This document shows positions 42,890 to 52,056 of a stretch of DNA of 64,000 bases, in pieces (position 1 is the stretch's first letter; each line of letters begins with the position of its first letter). The DNA lies in NCBI GenBank assembly GCA_000995965.1, contig LBYD01000003.1, positions 17,713 to 81,712 of the forward strand, read 5' to 3'. This DNA comes from Candidatus Moranbacteria bacterium GW2011_GWC2_40_12 (GTDB taxonomy: Bacteria > Patescibacteriota > Minisyncoccia > Moranbacterales > UBA11712). A program made the position numbers and the translations under genes. The notes under the pieces were generated by a model. The model did no database searches, was not told the DNA's origin, and worked only from the letters and a program-made list of their open reading frames with translations.

Positions 42890-45427
42890 TTACAACGGTT
42901 TCTCTCCCATATCAAACGCGTCGGCTGTCGCGGCCGCAGCGACAAAACTGGCTTTTTTCTTGATCTCCTCATTCACTATATCACGATTCCTGCCATATTT
43001 CAACTTAGAAAGTTCTTTTATCGCTTCGGCCACTTTCGCATTGCCTTTTGTCGGCGGATAAGTTTTCAGATTGAATGGCGTCGCCACCTGGCTCGCGATA
43101 AGAAGTTTCACAAAAGCGTTGTGATTGTCCACGTTCATCAAATCATTGGCGTCAAAAGACGGCTCGAATTGTTTTTGGACAAATTCTGCGTCCTCGGCCC
43201 CGATACGAAACGAACAAAGTGAACCAACATTGCCGAAAACGGCCTTGGAGATTTCCTCTTTGAGCTGGGCAATGAATTGATGGGCGATTACAAGCGCCAG
43301 GCGGTATTTGCGGGCTTCTGAAAGTATCTGGGCGATGGAATCAGTGGTGAAATTCTGAAATTCATCGATATACAAGAAAAAATCTTTGCGCTCCTTTTCC
43401 GGCATATCCACTCGCGACAGAGCTGAAATCAAAATTTTTCCGACGATTATCATTCCAAGCAGATTGGCGTTGATTTCGCCTATTTTTCCTTTTGAAAGAT
43501 TGACGAGGATTATCCGCCGATCGTCCATCGCCTGGCGGAAGTTGATTGTTGATTTTTCCTGAGCGATGATCGGCCGCATCATGTCATTTGAAATAAATTG
43601 AGTAAGTTTTGACGTAATATAAGGAACCATATTGGCAAGAGCCGCTTCACCCCCCGCTTTTTCTGCTTCTTTTTCCCAGAAATTCTTGACAACCGGATTC
43701 TGGCAGTGCTGAAGTTTCATATGGCGGAATTCTTCGTCCGCCAAAACCCGCGGAATTTCCATAAGCGTCGAACCGGAATCCGGGTGCTCCATCACGAGAA
43801 GCGCCGCATTTCGCATATACTGTTCGAACATTGGTCCGCCAGTTTGGCGCAAGTCGTACAGTTTGTCAAAAATGTTTATCATTTCGTTTATAACGAACGT
43901 TTTTTGCTCCGGTTTTTTCTGGTCATATTCCAGCATATTGAGTCCGAAAGGCCTTTCCATATCGGCCGGATCGAAATAAATCACGTCTTCCGCCCGCTCC
44001 TTAGGGATAGATTCAATGACATCATCAACCAGGTCACCATGCGGGTCAATCACGCAGACTCCTTCGCCATTTTTGATATCCTGTTTAACCATTTCCTGAA
44101 TCATGGTCGATTTTCCGGTTCCGGTTTGCCCGATGATATAAAAGTGCCTCCGCCTGTCATCCTGGCTGTGGCGAACGACTGTTTCCACGCCCCGATAATC
44201 GTTGAAGCCGAGAATGATGCCTTCTTGGGAAATATTGCTGGGCGGCGCGGAAGTGCGAGACTTGAGCCAGGCGATTTTTGGAGTTTCAGTGGAAAGAAGC
44301 GGAAAGTGAAAAATACTCGCCACTTCCTCGGAAGAAAGGACGATTCCCTGATTTTCCTTGAAATTCCGGAAAATAAAATCAAAGGCGATATCTTTTTTGC
44401 GCATCCTGTCTTCTCTCATCACCCGAAACCGATTCAAGCCCGGATTTTCATATTGGATAAAGGCATTTTCAAGTTGAGCCAAAACTTGCTCTGACCGCTC
44501 TTGCGTGAGAGCCGAGGATACCAGTCGAATGTTGACCGAAAATCCCGGCTTGTTCGATTTTCCCTCGATTTTTTTTATGATTTCCTGCTCTTCAGGAGTA
44601 AGCTGAATGGGATCCTTGTCACTTTTCAAAATATCTTTTTTTTGGCTATCATCTTTCTTTACGGCCATTTTGAAAAATCCCCGAAAAAATTCACGGATGT
44701 AATTGTCTTTTTTCACATCCGAAAGACGCCTTCCCTGCTGCATCTTGTGAGCCACTTCCCGTCCCTTGCTCCTCCAGTCGCCCCGTGCCGGTTTCACCAA
44801 AAGCTGTATTGCGGCTCCTTCTTTTTTTTCTTCGAACTTTCCCAAAACGTTGGTTATATTGTTGAGCGGATCGGATTCCAAAAACTGATAAGTGCGAATG
44901 GGGAAATGGTTCTTCTCGCTTAGTTTCAGAAAGGACGCTGCCGTGAAACTCCCCGGTGAAAAAATATTATAATCCTTTACTCTTTCGACAGCCGCTTTGG
45001 GATAAAAGCTTTGGATTTGGCGCTCAATAATATTGATGAATTTTTTCGGCGCCCCGACATAAAAAGAAATTTCGTCTGAGTTTGACGGATTGGCCATTTC
45101 AAGGGCGATGACCGCGTCGCCATAGATCAACCGGTGGAAAATACCAGTTTTTTCCTTGATGTTACCGAGGCTGGCAAGAAGATGCTCCATCACGGATATG
45201 AGCTCTTTGTCATTTTTTGGCGGCTGTTGCTGCTGAGACTGCTGGCTTTGGGCTTTGAGCGGCCGGCTCACTTTCACAATATCTATGTCCATATTGAGCG
45301 AACGTGTCACCTGACCGCGGAAAGAGACAAAACTTCTGAATATCATCAAAAAAGCCGATCCGAAGCTTAGAGCGGCCAGAAGAAAAGCAATAGGATATAA
45401 AATTAGGTTTAGGTTGTAGATGTCCAT
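42890..45427 (-). CDS. membrane-anchored P-loop ATPase of the VirD4/TraG/TraD (type IV coupling protein) / VirB4 superfamily
   Basis: 845 aa with an N-terminal TM helix. Walker A IIGQTGTGKST, Walker B FFLYIDEFQNF, and RKYRLALVIAHQFIAQL (the RKxG...QSxxQL-type motif). Confidence 0.75.
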   Translation of the reverse strand: MDIYNLNLILYPIAFLLAALSFGSAFLMIFRSFVSFRGQVTRSLNMDIDIVKVSRPLKAQSQQSQQQQPPKNDKELISVMEHLLASLGNIKEKTGIFHRLIYGDAVIALEMANPSNSDEISFYVGAPKKFINIIERQIQSFYPKAAVERVKDYNIFSPGSFTAASFLKLSEKNHFPIRTYQFLESDPLNNITNVLGKFEEKKEGAAIQLLVKPARGDWRSKGREVAHKMQQGRRLSDVKKDNYIREFFRGFFKMAVKKDDSQKKDILKSDKDPIQLTPEEQEIIKKIEGKSNKPGFSVNIRLVSSALTQERSEQVLAQLENAFIQYENPGLNRFRVMREDRMRKKDIAFDFIFRNFKENQGIVLSSEEVASIFHFPLLSTETPKIAWLKSRTSAPPSNISQEGIILGFNDYRGVETVVRHSQDDRRRHFYIIGQTGTGKSTMIQEMVKQDIKNGEGVCVIDPHGDLVDDVIESIPKERAEDVIYFDPADMERPFGLNMLEYDQKKPEQKTFVINEMINIFDKLYDLRQTGGPMFEQYMRNAALLVMEHPDSGSTLMEIPRVLADEEFRHMKLQHCQNPVVKNFWEKEAEKAGGEAALANMVPYITSKLTQFISNDMMRPIIAQEKSTINFRQAMDDRRIILVNLSKGKIGEINANLLGMIIVGKILISALSRVDMPEKERKDFFLYIDEFQNFTTDSIAQILSEARKYRLALVIAHQFIAQLKEEISKAVFGNVGSLCSFRIGAEDAEFVQKQFEPSFDANDLMNVDNHNAFVKLLIASQVATPFNLKTYPPTKGNAKVAEAIKELSKLKYGRNRDIVNEEIKKKASFVAAAATADAFDMGEKPL

Positions 45428-45433
45428 TTTTAT

Positions 45434-45520
45434 TTTTGAATTGAGAATTGGGAATTCAGAATTGAGAATGAGAATATTGCCTGCCTACCGGCAGGCAGGA
45501 ATCTGGAATATTAATATTCC
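45434..45520. repeat. heptad-periodic element (GAATTNN) with embedded GC hairpin
   Basis: gaattga gaattgg gaattca gaattga gaatgag aatattg, then cctgcctaccggcaggcagg, then ggaatattaatattcc. Confidence 0.65.
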
Positions 45521-45534
45521 ACACTATATTTTTT

Positions 45535-45915
45535 TTATCTTTTCGCCCTTATAAGTCCAATTATAAGTTTATGACATACCACCGTTTGGTCAGCAATTTT
45601 CATAAATTCAGATTGACTAAGGTATCCAACGTCTTTAGCAATTAGAAGTTGATTTTGAACTTCTATCAGCGAGGTATGGGCAGTATTATAAAACTGATTT
45701 TTTTCCTTGGAAGATCTTTTCGCAAAGCCTTCAGCTATATTCGAAGTAAAAGAAACTATTGCTCTTCGAAGCTGGCTTTTCAAGCCATATTCCTCGCAAC
45801 CTGGAAAATCGTTAGTTGCTTTATAAATAATCAAAACCAATTTGTGCCCTTCTTGCCAAACGACTAAGTCCGTAAACCTAGTAATTTTCCTAAATTCATT
45901 ATTCTTTTTTCCCAT
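45535..45915 (-). CDS. four-helix-bundle protein (TIGR02436, '23S rRNA intervening sequence protein' family)
   Basis: DLVVWQEGHKLVLIIYKATNDFPGCEEYGLKSQLRRAIVSFTSNIAEGFAKRS...SLIEVQNQLLIAKDVGYL matches the family consensus. Confidence 0.85.
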   Translation of the reverse strand: MGKKNNEFRKITRFTDLVVWQEGHKLVLIIYKATNDFPGCEEYGLKSQLRRAIVSFTSNIAEGFAKRSSKEKNQFYNTAHTSLIEVQNQLLIAKDVGYLSQSEFMKIADQTVVCHKLIIGLIRAKR

Positions 45916-45950
45916 TCACAATTCTCAATTCTAAATTCATAATTCTTTCA
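45905..45950. repeat. half element of the GAATTNN family (NNAATTC arm only)
   Basis: cccattc acaattc tcaattc taaattc ataattc. Confidence 0.5.
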
Positions 45951-46446
45951 AAAGTCCTTTCTGAATAAGCTGCTTCCTCAATTCATCTTCCAGCAATCGG
46001 TCGTGGACTTCGTCGAGAGTATAATTGTCCGCTATGTCGGAGGTTTTTCCCTTGTCCATATGCCGGGCGACTTTTATCGCATGTTCCGGTCCCTTTTGAA
46101 GCGCCATTTCCACCAATTTATCCACTTTTTTCTCATATTCGGTGATTTGAGAAACCGTCCCGGCGTCATCGCTCACGCTCGCCCCGGCCGCCGGTTTTTG
46201 AGTTTGAATTGCTTTTCTGGCAGTTTCAATTTTCTCGGAGACTTCTTCAAACTTTTTTTCTCCTCCCGTTTCAGATTCGATTCCCGGCATTTTTTCAGCC
46301 GCCGGCACATCCGGCATTTCCGGTTTTTCCACTATCGTATTTTCGGAATTTTTCTGCGCATTGCCAACTGAAATATCCCCTTTCAGCTTTTTCGCCAAAT
46401 CCAAATCCTCCTTTTCGATAGGCTCCTGGTAGTTTGATTGAGGCAT
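45937..46446 (-). CDS. acidic hypothetical protein
   Basis: 169 aa, E/K/D-rich. No motif recognised. Confidence 0.5.
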   Translation of the reverse strand: MPQSNYQEPIEKEDLDLAKKLKGDISVGNAQKNSENTIVEKPEMPDVPAAEKMPGIESETGGEKKFEEVSEKIETARKAIQTQKPAAGASVSDDAGTVSQITEYEKKVDKLVEMALQKGPEHAIKVARHMDKGKTSDIADNYTLDEVHDRLLEDELRKQLIQKGLLKEL

Positions 46447-46495
46447 AATTATTTTCTACAACTTATAAGCAAATACGAGCATAGAAACTTCCTCG

Positions 46496-46606
46496 AAGAA
46501 TTGTGAAATTGGATTTTTGAATTGTGAATAGGAATAATAAATAGAGAGTTATAATTCAACATTCTTGATTCCCATTCCTAATTCTCAATTCACAATTCTA
46601 AATTCT
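46496..46606. repeat. heptad-periodic palindromic element (GAATTNN type)
   Basis: gaattgtgaaattggatttttgaattgtgaataggaat ..., then a loop, then attcttgattcccattcctaattctcaattcacaattctaaattc. Confidence 0.8.
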
Positions 46607-46613
46607 ATATTTT

Positions 46614-46952
46614 TCAACTTTTCGCCGCTTCGTCTACATTTCCAAAGCTGGCAATGTCTTCTTTTAGCTCGTCTTTGAGGTCGCTAACCACATTTTTCAC
46701 AAATTCTTCGTAATCAATAATTTTTTCTCGCAGAAACTTTTCAACTTGATCCGACTCTGTTTTTTCTTCAAGCATTTTCATGAGCTCTTGCTGATCTTCC
46801 TGCGTCAACTTGTCCATTGTCTCTATATAGAGCCTTTTCAGGACCAACTCCAAAAGATCGACCAGAACTTTGGCCTTTTGCTCTTCGGGCAAATCCGTGA
46901 GTCCCAATTCTTCAATGATCGTCTGCTTCAAGATTGTGTTTTGCGCGGTCAT
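46614..46952 (-). CDS. acidic helical hypothetical protein
   Basis: 112 aa with an ATG start. No motif recognised. Confidence 0.5.
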   Translation of the reverse strand: MTAQNTILKQTIIEELGLTDLPEEQKAKVLVDLLELVLKRLYIETMDKLTQEDQQELMKMLEEKTESDQVEKFLREKIIDYEEFVKNVVSDLKDELKEDIASFGNVDEAAKS

Positions 46953-46970
46953 AATTTTGATTTCAAAAAA

Positions 46971-49208
46971 TTAAAGTCTATTTTTAATACTCAAGTTTTT
47001 GAATAAATGGAAATTAGTCCTCGACATCCGCTCAAGATATTGCTGCATTGTTTCCCGTGCATTGAGAGGGGGAAATTTTTGAAAGGTTTCCTGGGTGAAC
47101 TTAGTCGCTTTTCCCATTTGAGTTATCTCACTATACGTCGATGGTAGCGGCGTATCGCTGGTAACCCCGGGACTCAATCTACTGATTGCCTCATGAACTT
47201 GAGAGGCAGGCGTGTTGAGTTTGAAGCCACCTAAGTTTTCAAGCCAGCTGTTCCAAAGCCGCGCGTTGGCGCTGGTGAGTCCCGCTATTGCCTGTTCATT
47301 CAAAGCTTGAGCTTCGACTCCAAGCCGCGCTATTTTTTCAGCGCTTGCGGCCGACGAAGTTCCCGGCCGGCCGCTTGTCACGTCTTCCCAACGGGCTTTT
47401 GCTTTAGCCTCCATTGCTTCAGCCGCTCTCATTTTTTGATCAGCAATGCTTTCCACCGCTCTTCCTCCACCCCGCACATGATGTTCTGCTGCCGCAGCCG
47501 CCTTTCCCGCACCGTGAGCCGGCTCGTGATGAACGGCTCCAGCCTTGATTTGTGAAGTGTCTCCCACAAACAATTTTCCTTTATCATCCAAAGTCACCAT
47601 ATAGCCCTCTCTGACTACTGACGGCAATTTTCCTCCATGGTGGCTCTTATACCATTCCATCGCATTGGCGGTTTTGTTTTCCGCGAGGATTTTTATTTTT
47701 TGGGCGTCTGACAAATCATTGAAATTATCAGCATTGATCCCCATTCGGCTCAAGAAACCCTGCTTTTTGAGAGAATGAAACAAATTTTGGATTTTTGGAT
47801 CATCAGGCTTAAGATTATATTCCTTCGCGTGTTCTATATACATATCTCTTGTCACCTTCCAGACATTTTCACCGGATTTGATCCTGTGCGAATCACCCAA
47901 AAACGGCTTGCTTGTTTTTTCCGGAGCAACCGATCCTCCAGCCTTGGGCTGCACTTCCGCGTCAGAAATCGGGCTGTGCGCCGGTTCATAGAAACCGGTT
48001 TTCCCGCCCCCGAAGGAATGGGTGATTTTATCCCAGGCCTGGCTAAAAAATCCTTTTATGCCCGCCGCATAATGGCTTACAATAGTGCCTGCGATAAATG
48101 TTCCGCCAGCTAGTCCAAGAGCGAGAAGCTTTTGTTTTCTGTCTTTTGAAGCAAATGTTTGTTCTTCCTCGCCGATCGATTTTCCACCCTCCATCCCTTC
48201 GACAAATTGTATCCATTCTTCCTCAGTTTTGCTCTTTATTGCCTCAATTTGTCTCAAAACATCTTGTTGCACTTCTTTCTTTTTGGCTTCAATGGTCCCT
48301 GCTTCCATTCTTTTTTTTGCCGCGTAACCGGCTCCCACAGCGCTGAAACCACGCCATATAGCGGCCGCTGATGCGCCCGCCGATCCAACAGCCACAACGC
48401 CCAAAGCGGGCAAACTGGCCGCAATCAGTGACGTCGCGGCAAAACCAATAGCTCCAGCCGTTGCAACTCCTTTTGCAACTCCTTTTGCGGTCAATTTTCC
48501 ATCCACGAGAAACTGTTTGGAGACAAAATCTCGATAATTTTTGCCAACATTCGCAAAGCCCACAAGAGCTTTGCCTGGCCACCATTTCGAATTTTCAGCT
48601 CGCAGTTTGTCTTCCTCTGCCCTTGACCTGATAGCGATCGCAGAAATATGGTATTCGGCTAAAAAAGTTTCAAGCTCCCGTTCATTTTCCCTGAATGCTC
48701 TATATCCAGCCATTTTCAATTTCCGAAGTAGTTCCTCTCTCTTTTCCAAAAATTCTTTTATCTCGTCATCCTTCGCCTTTCTTTTTGTAAGACCGACGGA
48801 TTCTAAAGCGCTTGATATAACCCGCCACTTCCTGCCCACTCCTTCTCTCCCTTTGAAAATTTTCTCCTCATTCCCGTCGAATTCCTGCTTTATTTTTTCA
48901 AATTCTTCATGATTTTTTCTTTCATTTTCCGCACTTAAAGCGTCAGATTTGGCTTTTGCTCCTTCAGAATCTTCCTCGCTTGGCCCGCTTTCTTTGTTTT
49001 CCGGATTTACGTCGTTTCTCCCTCCTGACAAATCTTGCGCGGCGGCCGGTTCTTCATCTGGGGGCATTTTATTCTCGCTCAAATCTGGCTCAGATGCGGC
49101 GCCTGTCTTTGCCTTTTTGTTTTCTTCAGAACTTTCCGGAGTTCCGGCGGCAGTTGCACCAGGAGCCTGGCCAGCTTCAGGAAACCTTCCTTTTTTTATT
49201 ATTCCCAT
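46971..49208 (-). CDS. large membrane protein with Gly/Ala-rich hydrophobic segments, function unknown
   Basis: 745 aa. The acidic N-terminal region is low-complexity. TM-like segments GVATAGAIGFAATSLIAASLPALGVVAVGSAGASAAAIW and LLALGLAGGTFIAGTIV. Locally elevated GC. Confidence 0.6.
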   Translation of the reverse strand: MGIIKKGRFPEAGQAPGATAAGTPESSEENKKAKTGAASEPDLSENKMPPDEEPAAAQDLSGGRNDVNPENKESGPSEEDSEGAKAKSDALSAENERKNHEEFEKIKQEFDGNEEKIFKGREGVGRKWRVISSALESVGLTKRKAKDDEIKEFLEKREELLRKLKMAGYRAFRENERELETFLAEYHISAIAIRSRAEEDKLRAENSKWWPGKALVGFANVGKNYRDFVSKQFLVDGKLTAKGVAKGVATAGAIGFAATSLIAASLPALGVVAVGSAGASAAAIWRGFSAVGAGYAAKKRMEAGTIEAKKKEVQQDVLRQIEAIKSKTEEEWIQFVEGMEGGKSIGEEEQTFASKDRKQKLLALGLAGGTFIAGTIVSHYAAGIKGFFSQAWDKITHSFGGGKTGFYEPAHSPISDAEVQPKAGGSVAPEKTSKPFLGDSHRIKSGENVWKVTRDMYIEHAKEYNLKPDDPKIQNLFHSLKKQGFLSRMGINADNFNDLSDAQKIKILAENKTANAMEWYKSHHGGKLPSVVREGYMVTLDDKGKLFVGDTSQIKAGAVHHEPAHGAGKAAAAAEHHVRGGGRAVESIADQKMRAAEAMEAKAKARWEDVTSGRPGTSSAASAEKIARLGVEAQALNEQAIAGLTSANARLWNSWLENLGGFKLNTPASQVHEAISRLSPGVTSDTPLPSTYSEITQMGKATKFTQETFQKFPPLNARETMQQYLERMSRTNFHLFKNLSIKNRL

Positions 49209-49224
49209 TATTATAAAGTTAATT

Positions 49225-50754
49225 TTATGATTTTTTTGCGCCTCGAATGAACTCTTCCAGCAAAATTCTGCTGTTATAATATCTGATAATCAGCTTGGCA
49301 TTTTCTTTGTCATAACCGGCTTTTCCGGCTTCACCTTCCAGCTCTCCCCGAAATTCATTCTTGAACTTTCCCGACTCTTCCGCTGTTGAAATCTTTCTTT
49401 CTTTTTTTTCCTCGAAATAATCATCCAATACTTCTGGATTCAGAAAATATCTTTGAAAAAAAGCGACATCGAAGTTTTCTTTCGAAACGATCTCCCTGAA
49501 AACTCTTTTCAGCGAATTGAGAATGCTCATGTTATCCTTGCGAGCCTTATCCGCGTCTTCTGGCTTCATTTCTTTGTATTTTTTCTCGACTTCTTTATTC
49601 AAATTTGTGATTCCCGCTCTATTCACCAATTCCACGTATTTTTTCTTTTGCTCTTCGTTTAGCTTGTCATATTCTCTTTCTTTCATGGCCTCTCCATTGC
49701 CCTTTTTTTGGTGCGCCTCCGATGCCAAAAGCGATGCCACTTCCCCTGGTTGAAGATTCGGCGCTGGTTCATCTGGTGCGGGTGATGATCCTTTTTTTTG
49801 TTCTGCATCGCCCGATATTTTTCCTTTCGGCAAAATTTTTATGATTTCCTGTCCCCTTGAAAAAGCATTTGTTGCTACCCGCCGGGCTTCGGTTATAATC
49901 AGCTGATCAGCTAATGGGCTTTCGTATTCATCTCCCAACAATTTGAGAATCAGACCCGCGTGTCCGTCAATATTTTCGAGGATTTTATGCCTGATTTTCC
50001 CTTTTTCATGCTCCAGCCTCCCGTAATCGACGCCCAAAATCTTCTTTTTTTCGACGAATGCGTCTATCCTCGCCACACTTTCAGCAATGGCTTGCCTAAT
50101 CGCCTCAACAATTTTTTTTCTCATTTCCTTCTGTTTCGAATTTTCGCCTGATTTGTCAATGGTCATTTCGCCAGCGTCCGGCACGTCCTCGCCCAGTAAA
50201 ATTTTTACCTTTTTTATTTGCTCTTCAATGATGCCGAGATTTTTTTCCGATCTAGTTTTTTCCGCAGCGGCTTCTAGCGCGTGCCTGTAATAGCCCAGAA
50301 TGGCTTTCGTAGTTTCATCCCTGATTTCAGGAATTTGATTCAGATTATTTTCCAAAATAACCTTTTCCAGCTCTTCTGTCCCATTTTGATATTTTTTGGA
50401 AAGGGCATCCAGGGTGTATCCCAAGCAACTTTTCGCAATTTCGTCCTCCTCCAGCAATTTTCGCGTTCTCTTCACCCAAGGCGCAAGGACTTTCAACCCG
50501 TTTTCATTCAGGATTTTGGTTAAATTGCTTTCGTTGGAAAATAATTTTTCATAGTATTCTTTTATTTTTTCGATGTAATCTTTTTTCGGACTATCCGGAC
50601 CTTTTTCTCCTTTTCCATCGACTGGCAAATCGGCTGGAGGCAAAGGAGAATCTTCAGCGCTTTGTCTCGCAGCAGTTTCCTGAGGTGAATCTTCCGGCAT
50701 CGCTCCTTCAGGCGGCTCTTCTATTCTCTTTCGATGTATATTTTCTTCAGCCAT
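49225..50754 (-). CDS. charged coiled-coil-rich hypothetical protein
   Basis: ~509 aa from ATG 50754; the track starts at GTG 50769. No TM helix. K/E-rich. Confidence 0.55.
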   Translation of the reverse strand: MAEENIHRKRIEEPPEGAMPEDSPQETAARQSAEDSPLPPADLPVDGKGEKGPDSPKKDYIEKIKEYYEKLFSNESNLTKILNENGLKVLAPWVKRTRKLLEEDEIAKSCLGYTLDALSKKYQNGTEELEKVILENNLNQIPEIRDETTKAILGYYRHALEAAAEKTRSEKNLGIIEEQIKKVKILLGEDVPDAGEMTIDKSGENSKQKEMRKKIVEAIRQAIAESVARIDAFVEKKKILGVDYGRLEHEKGKIRHKILENIDGHAGLILKLLGDEYESPLADQLIITEARRVATNAFSRGQEIIKILPKGKISGDAEQKKGSSPAPDEPAPNLQPGEVASLLASEAHQKKGNGEAMKEREYDKLNEEQKKKYVELVNRAGITNLNKEVEKKYKEMKPEDADKARKDNMSILNSLKRVFREIVSKENFDVAFFQRYFLNPEVLDDYFEEKKERKISTAEESGKFKNEFRGELEGEAGKAGYDKENAKLIIRYYNSRILLEEFIRGAKKS

Positions 50755-50978
50755 TTTTTTATATTTCACAAACCAAAACTAAACTTATCTTATAAGTCTC
50801 CAAAATTTTTGTTTTTATATTACGTTTAAATTATACCACAAAAACTTTCTGAAGTGAACAACTCTCGGCGGTGTGGATAAGTCCGAGCAATTTTCTCTCA
50901 AAAGAAAAAGCCCCAGCGCCGCCCTCGAGTGGAAATCCACATGGGTTTGGCGCCAGAGGCTTTGAAGTTTGGCGATCC

Positions 50979-51839
50979 CTATTCAGTTGCCCTCACTTTC
51001 AGTTCAAATGAGTGGAGCTGTCCATGATTGTATTCAACCGAAATTCGACTTTCTCCTTTTCGGTTGCCAATATAAACATTGGGCGTGATTATCTTGAGCG
51101 CTTCCCCCTCAATCCTGATTTTTTCACAGGTAGTGATTCTGTCGGTCCGGATCAGCATTATGCCTTTGTCCACGGGCATAGTTATAGTCGAACCGTTAGC
51201 AAGGACGCCCCGATCCACCGTGGTTGCTCTCTTTTTACGGCGCACGATTTCCCCCAAACGGGCAGATATTTTTCCATCACTCATATTGAAGGAAACGATA
51301 TATCCGCCCGCATAGAGAAGGAGATTTTTGCCCACAATTTCATCTTTGAAAATAACTTTGCCGCCTTCGAACTCTATGACCGATGATCTCAAGCTGGACC
51401 ATTCAATCAAGCGCCCGCCTTCGGCCGTGAGAGAGCCGCACTCCAGAAACCGTTCCGGAAAAACTTTTTCCAATTTCCTGGCATGCGGATAGAAACAGAA
51501 GAAAGAATAACTCAAATTTCCGGAACTGCCTTCTTTTTTGACAAAAACGATACCGTCATCGCCATTGAAGAAATTCTTGACAATGAGGATTGAATTGGCC
51601 TCAAGTTCTCCGGAGCAGAAAACCTCTTCTTTTTCTTCGTCGCCATCGAAGAAATACTTCGAAATTTCATACTTGGCTTTCCCGTTGTCAGCCCATTGGT
51701 GCCAAAGGGCATACTCCTGATACAATCGGTTAAAATACAAGATTTCCCACACACCCTGCCGGTTAGCGGCCAAGGCATTTGTGCCGATTATTAAAGAAAA
51801 AAAGAGAACAAACCGCAATATCCACAATTTTTTGGCCAT
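50979..51839 (-). CDS. secreted hypothetical protein
   Basis: Signal peptide MAKKLWILRFVLFFSLIIGTNALA at ATG 51839. Hairpin with U-tract terminator downstream at ~50918-50975. Confidence 0.55.
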   Translation of the reverse strand: MAKKLWILRFVLFFSLIIGTNALAANRQGVWEILYFNRLYQEYALWHQWADNGKAKYEISKYFFDGDEEKEEVFCSGELEANSILIVKNFFNGDDGIVFVKKEGSSGNLSYSFFCFYPHARKLEKVFPERFLECGSLTAEGGRLIEWSSLRSSVIEFEGGKVIFKDEIVGKNLLLYAGGYIVSFNMSDGKISARLGEIVRRKKRATTVDRGVLANGSTITMPVDKGIMLIRTDRITTCEKIRIEGEALKIITPNVYIGNRKGESRISVEYNHGQLHSFELKVRATE

Positions 51840-52056
51840 TTCCTTTCCCCTCCCACTGAAATTTTGAGCGCTTTGCCGCCTTGCCCCGCACCAAAAATGC
51901 GCTTTTCGCATTTTTTCGATGATTCTCGAATTTTGGTGCGGGGTGAAAAAACGCTTTGTTTCTTTGACTAATGCTTAGAACAGAAAAAAGATATTGTCAA
52001 GCCTCGCGGTTGTGCTGTATAATATGATCATCGGAATAACTTCTAAAACAGAAATG

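Noticed and set aside
50873-50881. Single perfect DnaA box TGTGGATAA upstream of 49225..50754
   Set aside because: It is an isolated occurrence without a cluster or an AT-rich unwinding region, so it is probably chance or a minor regulatory site.
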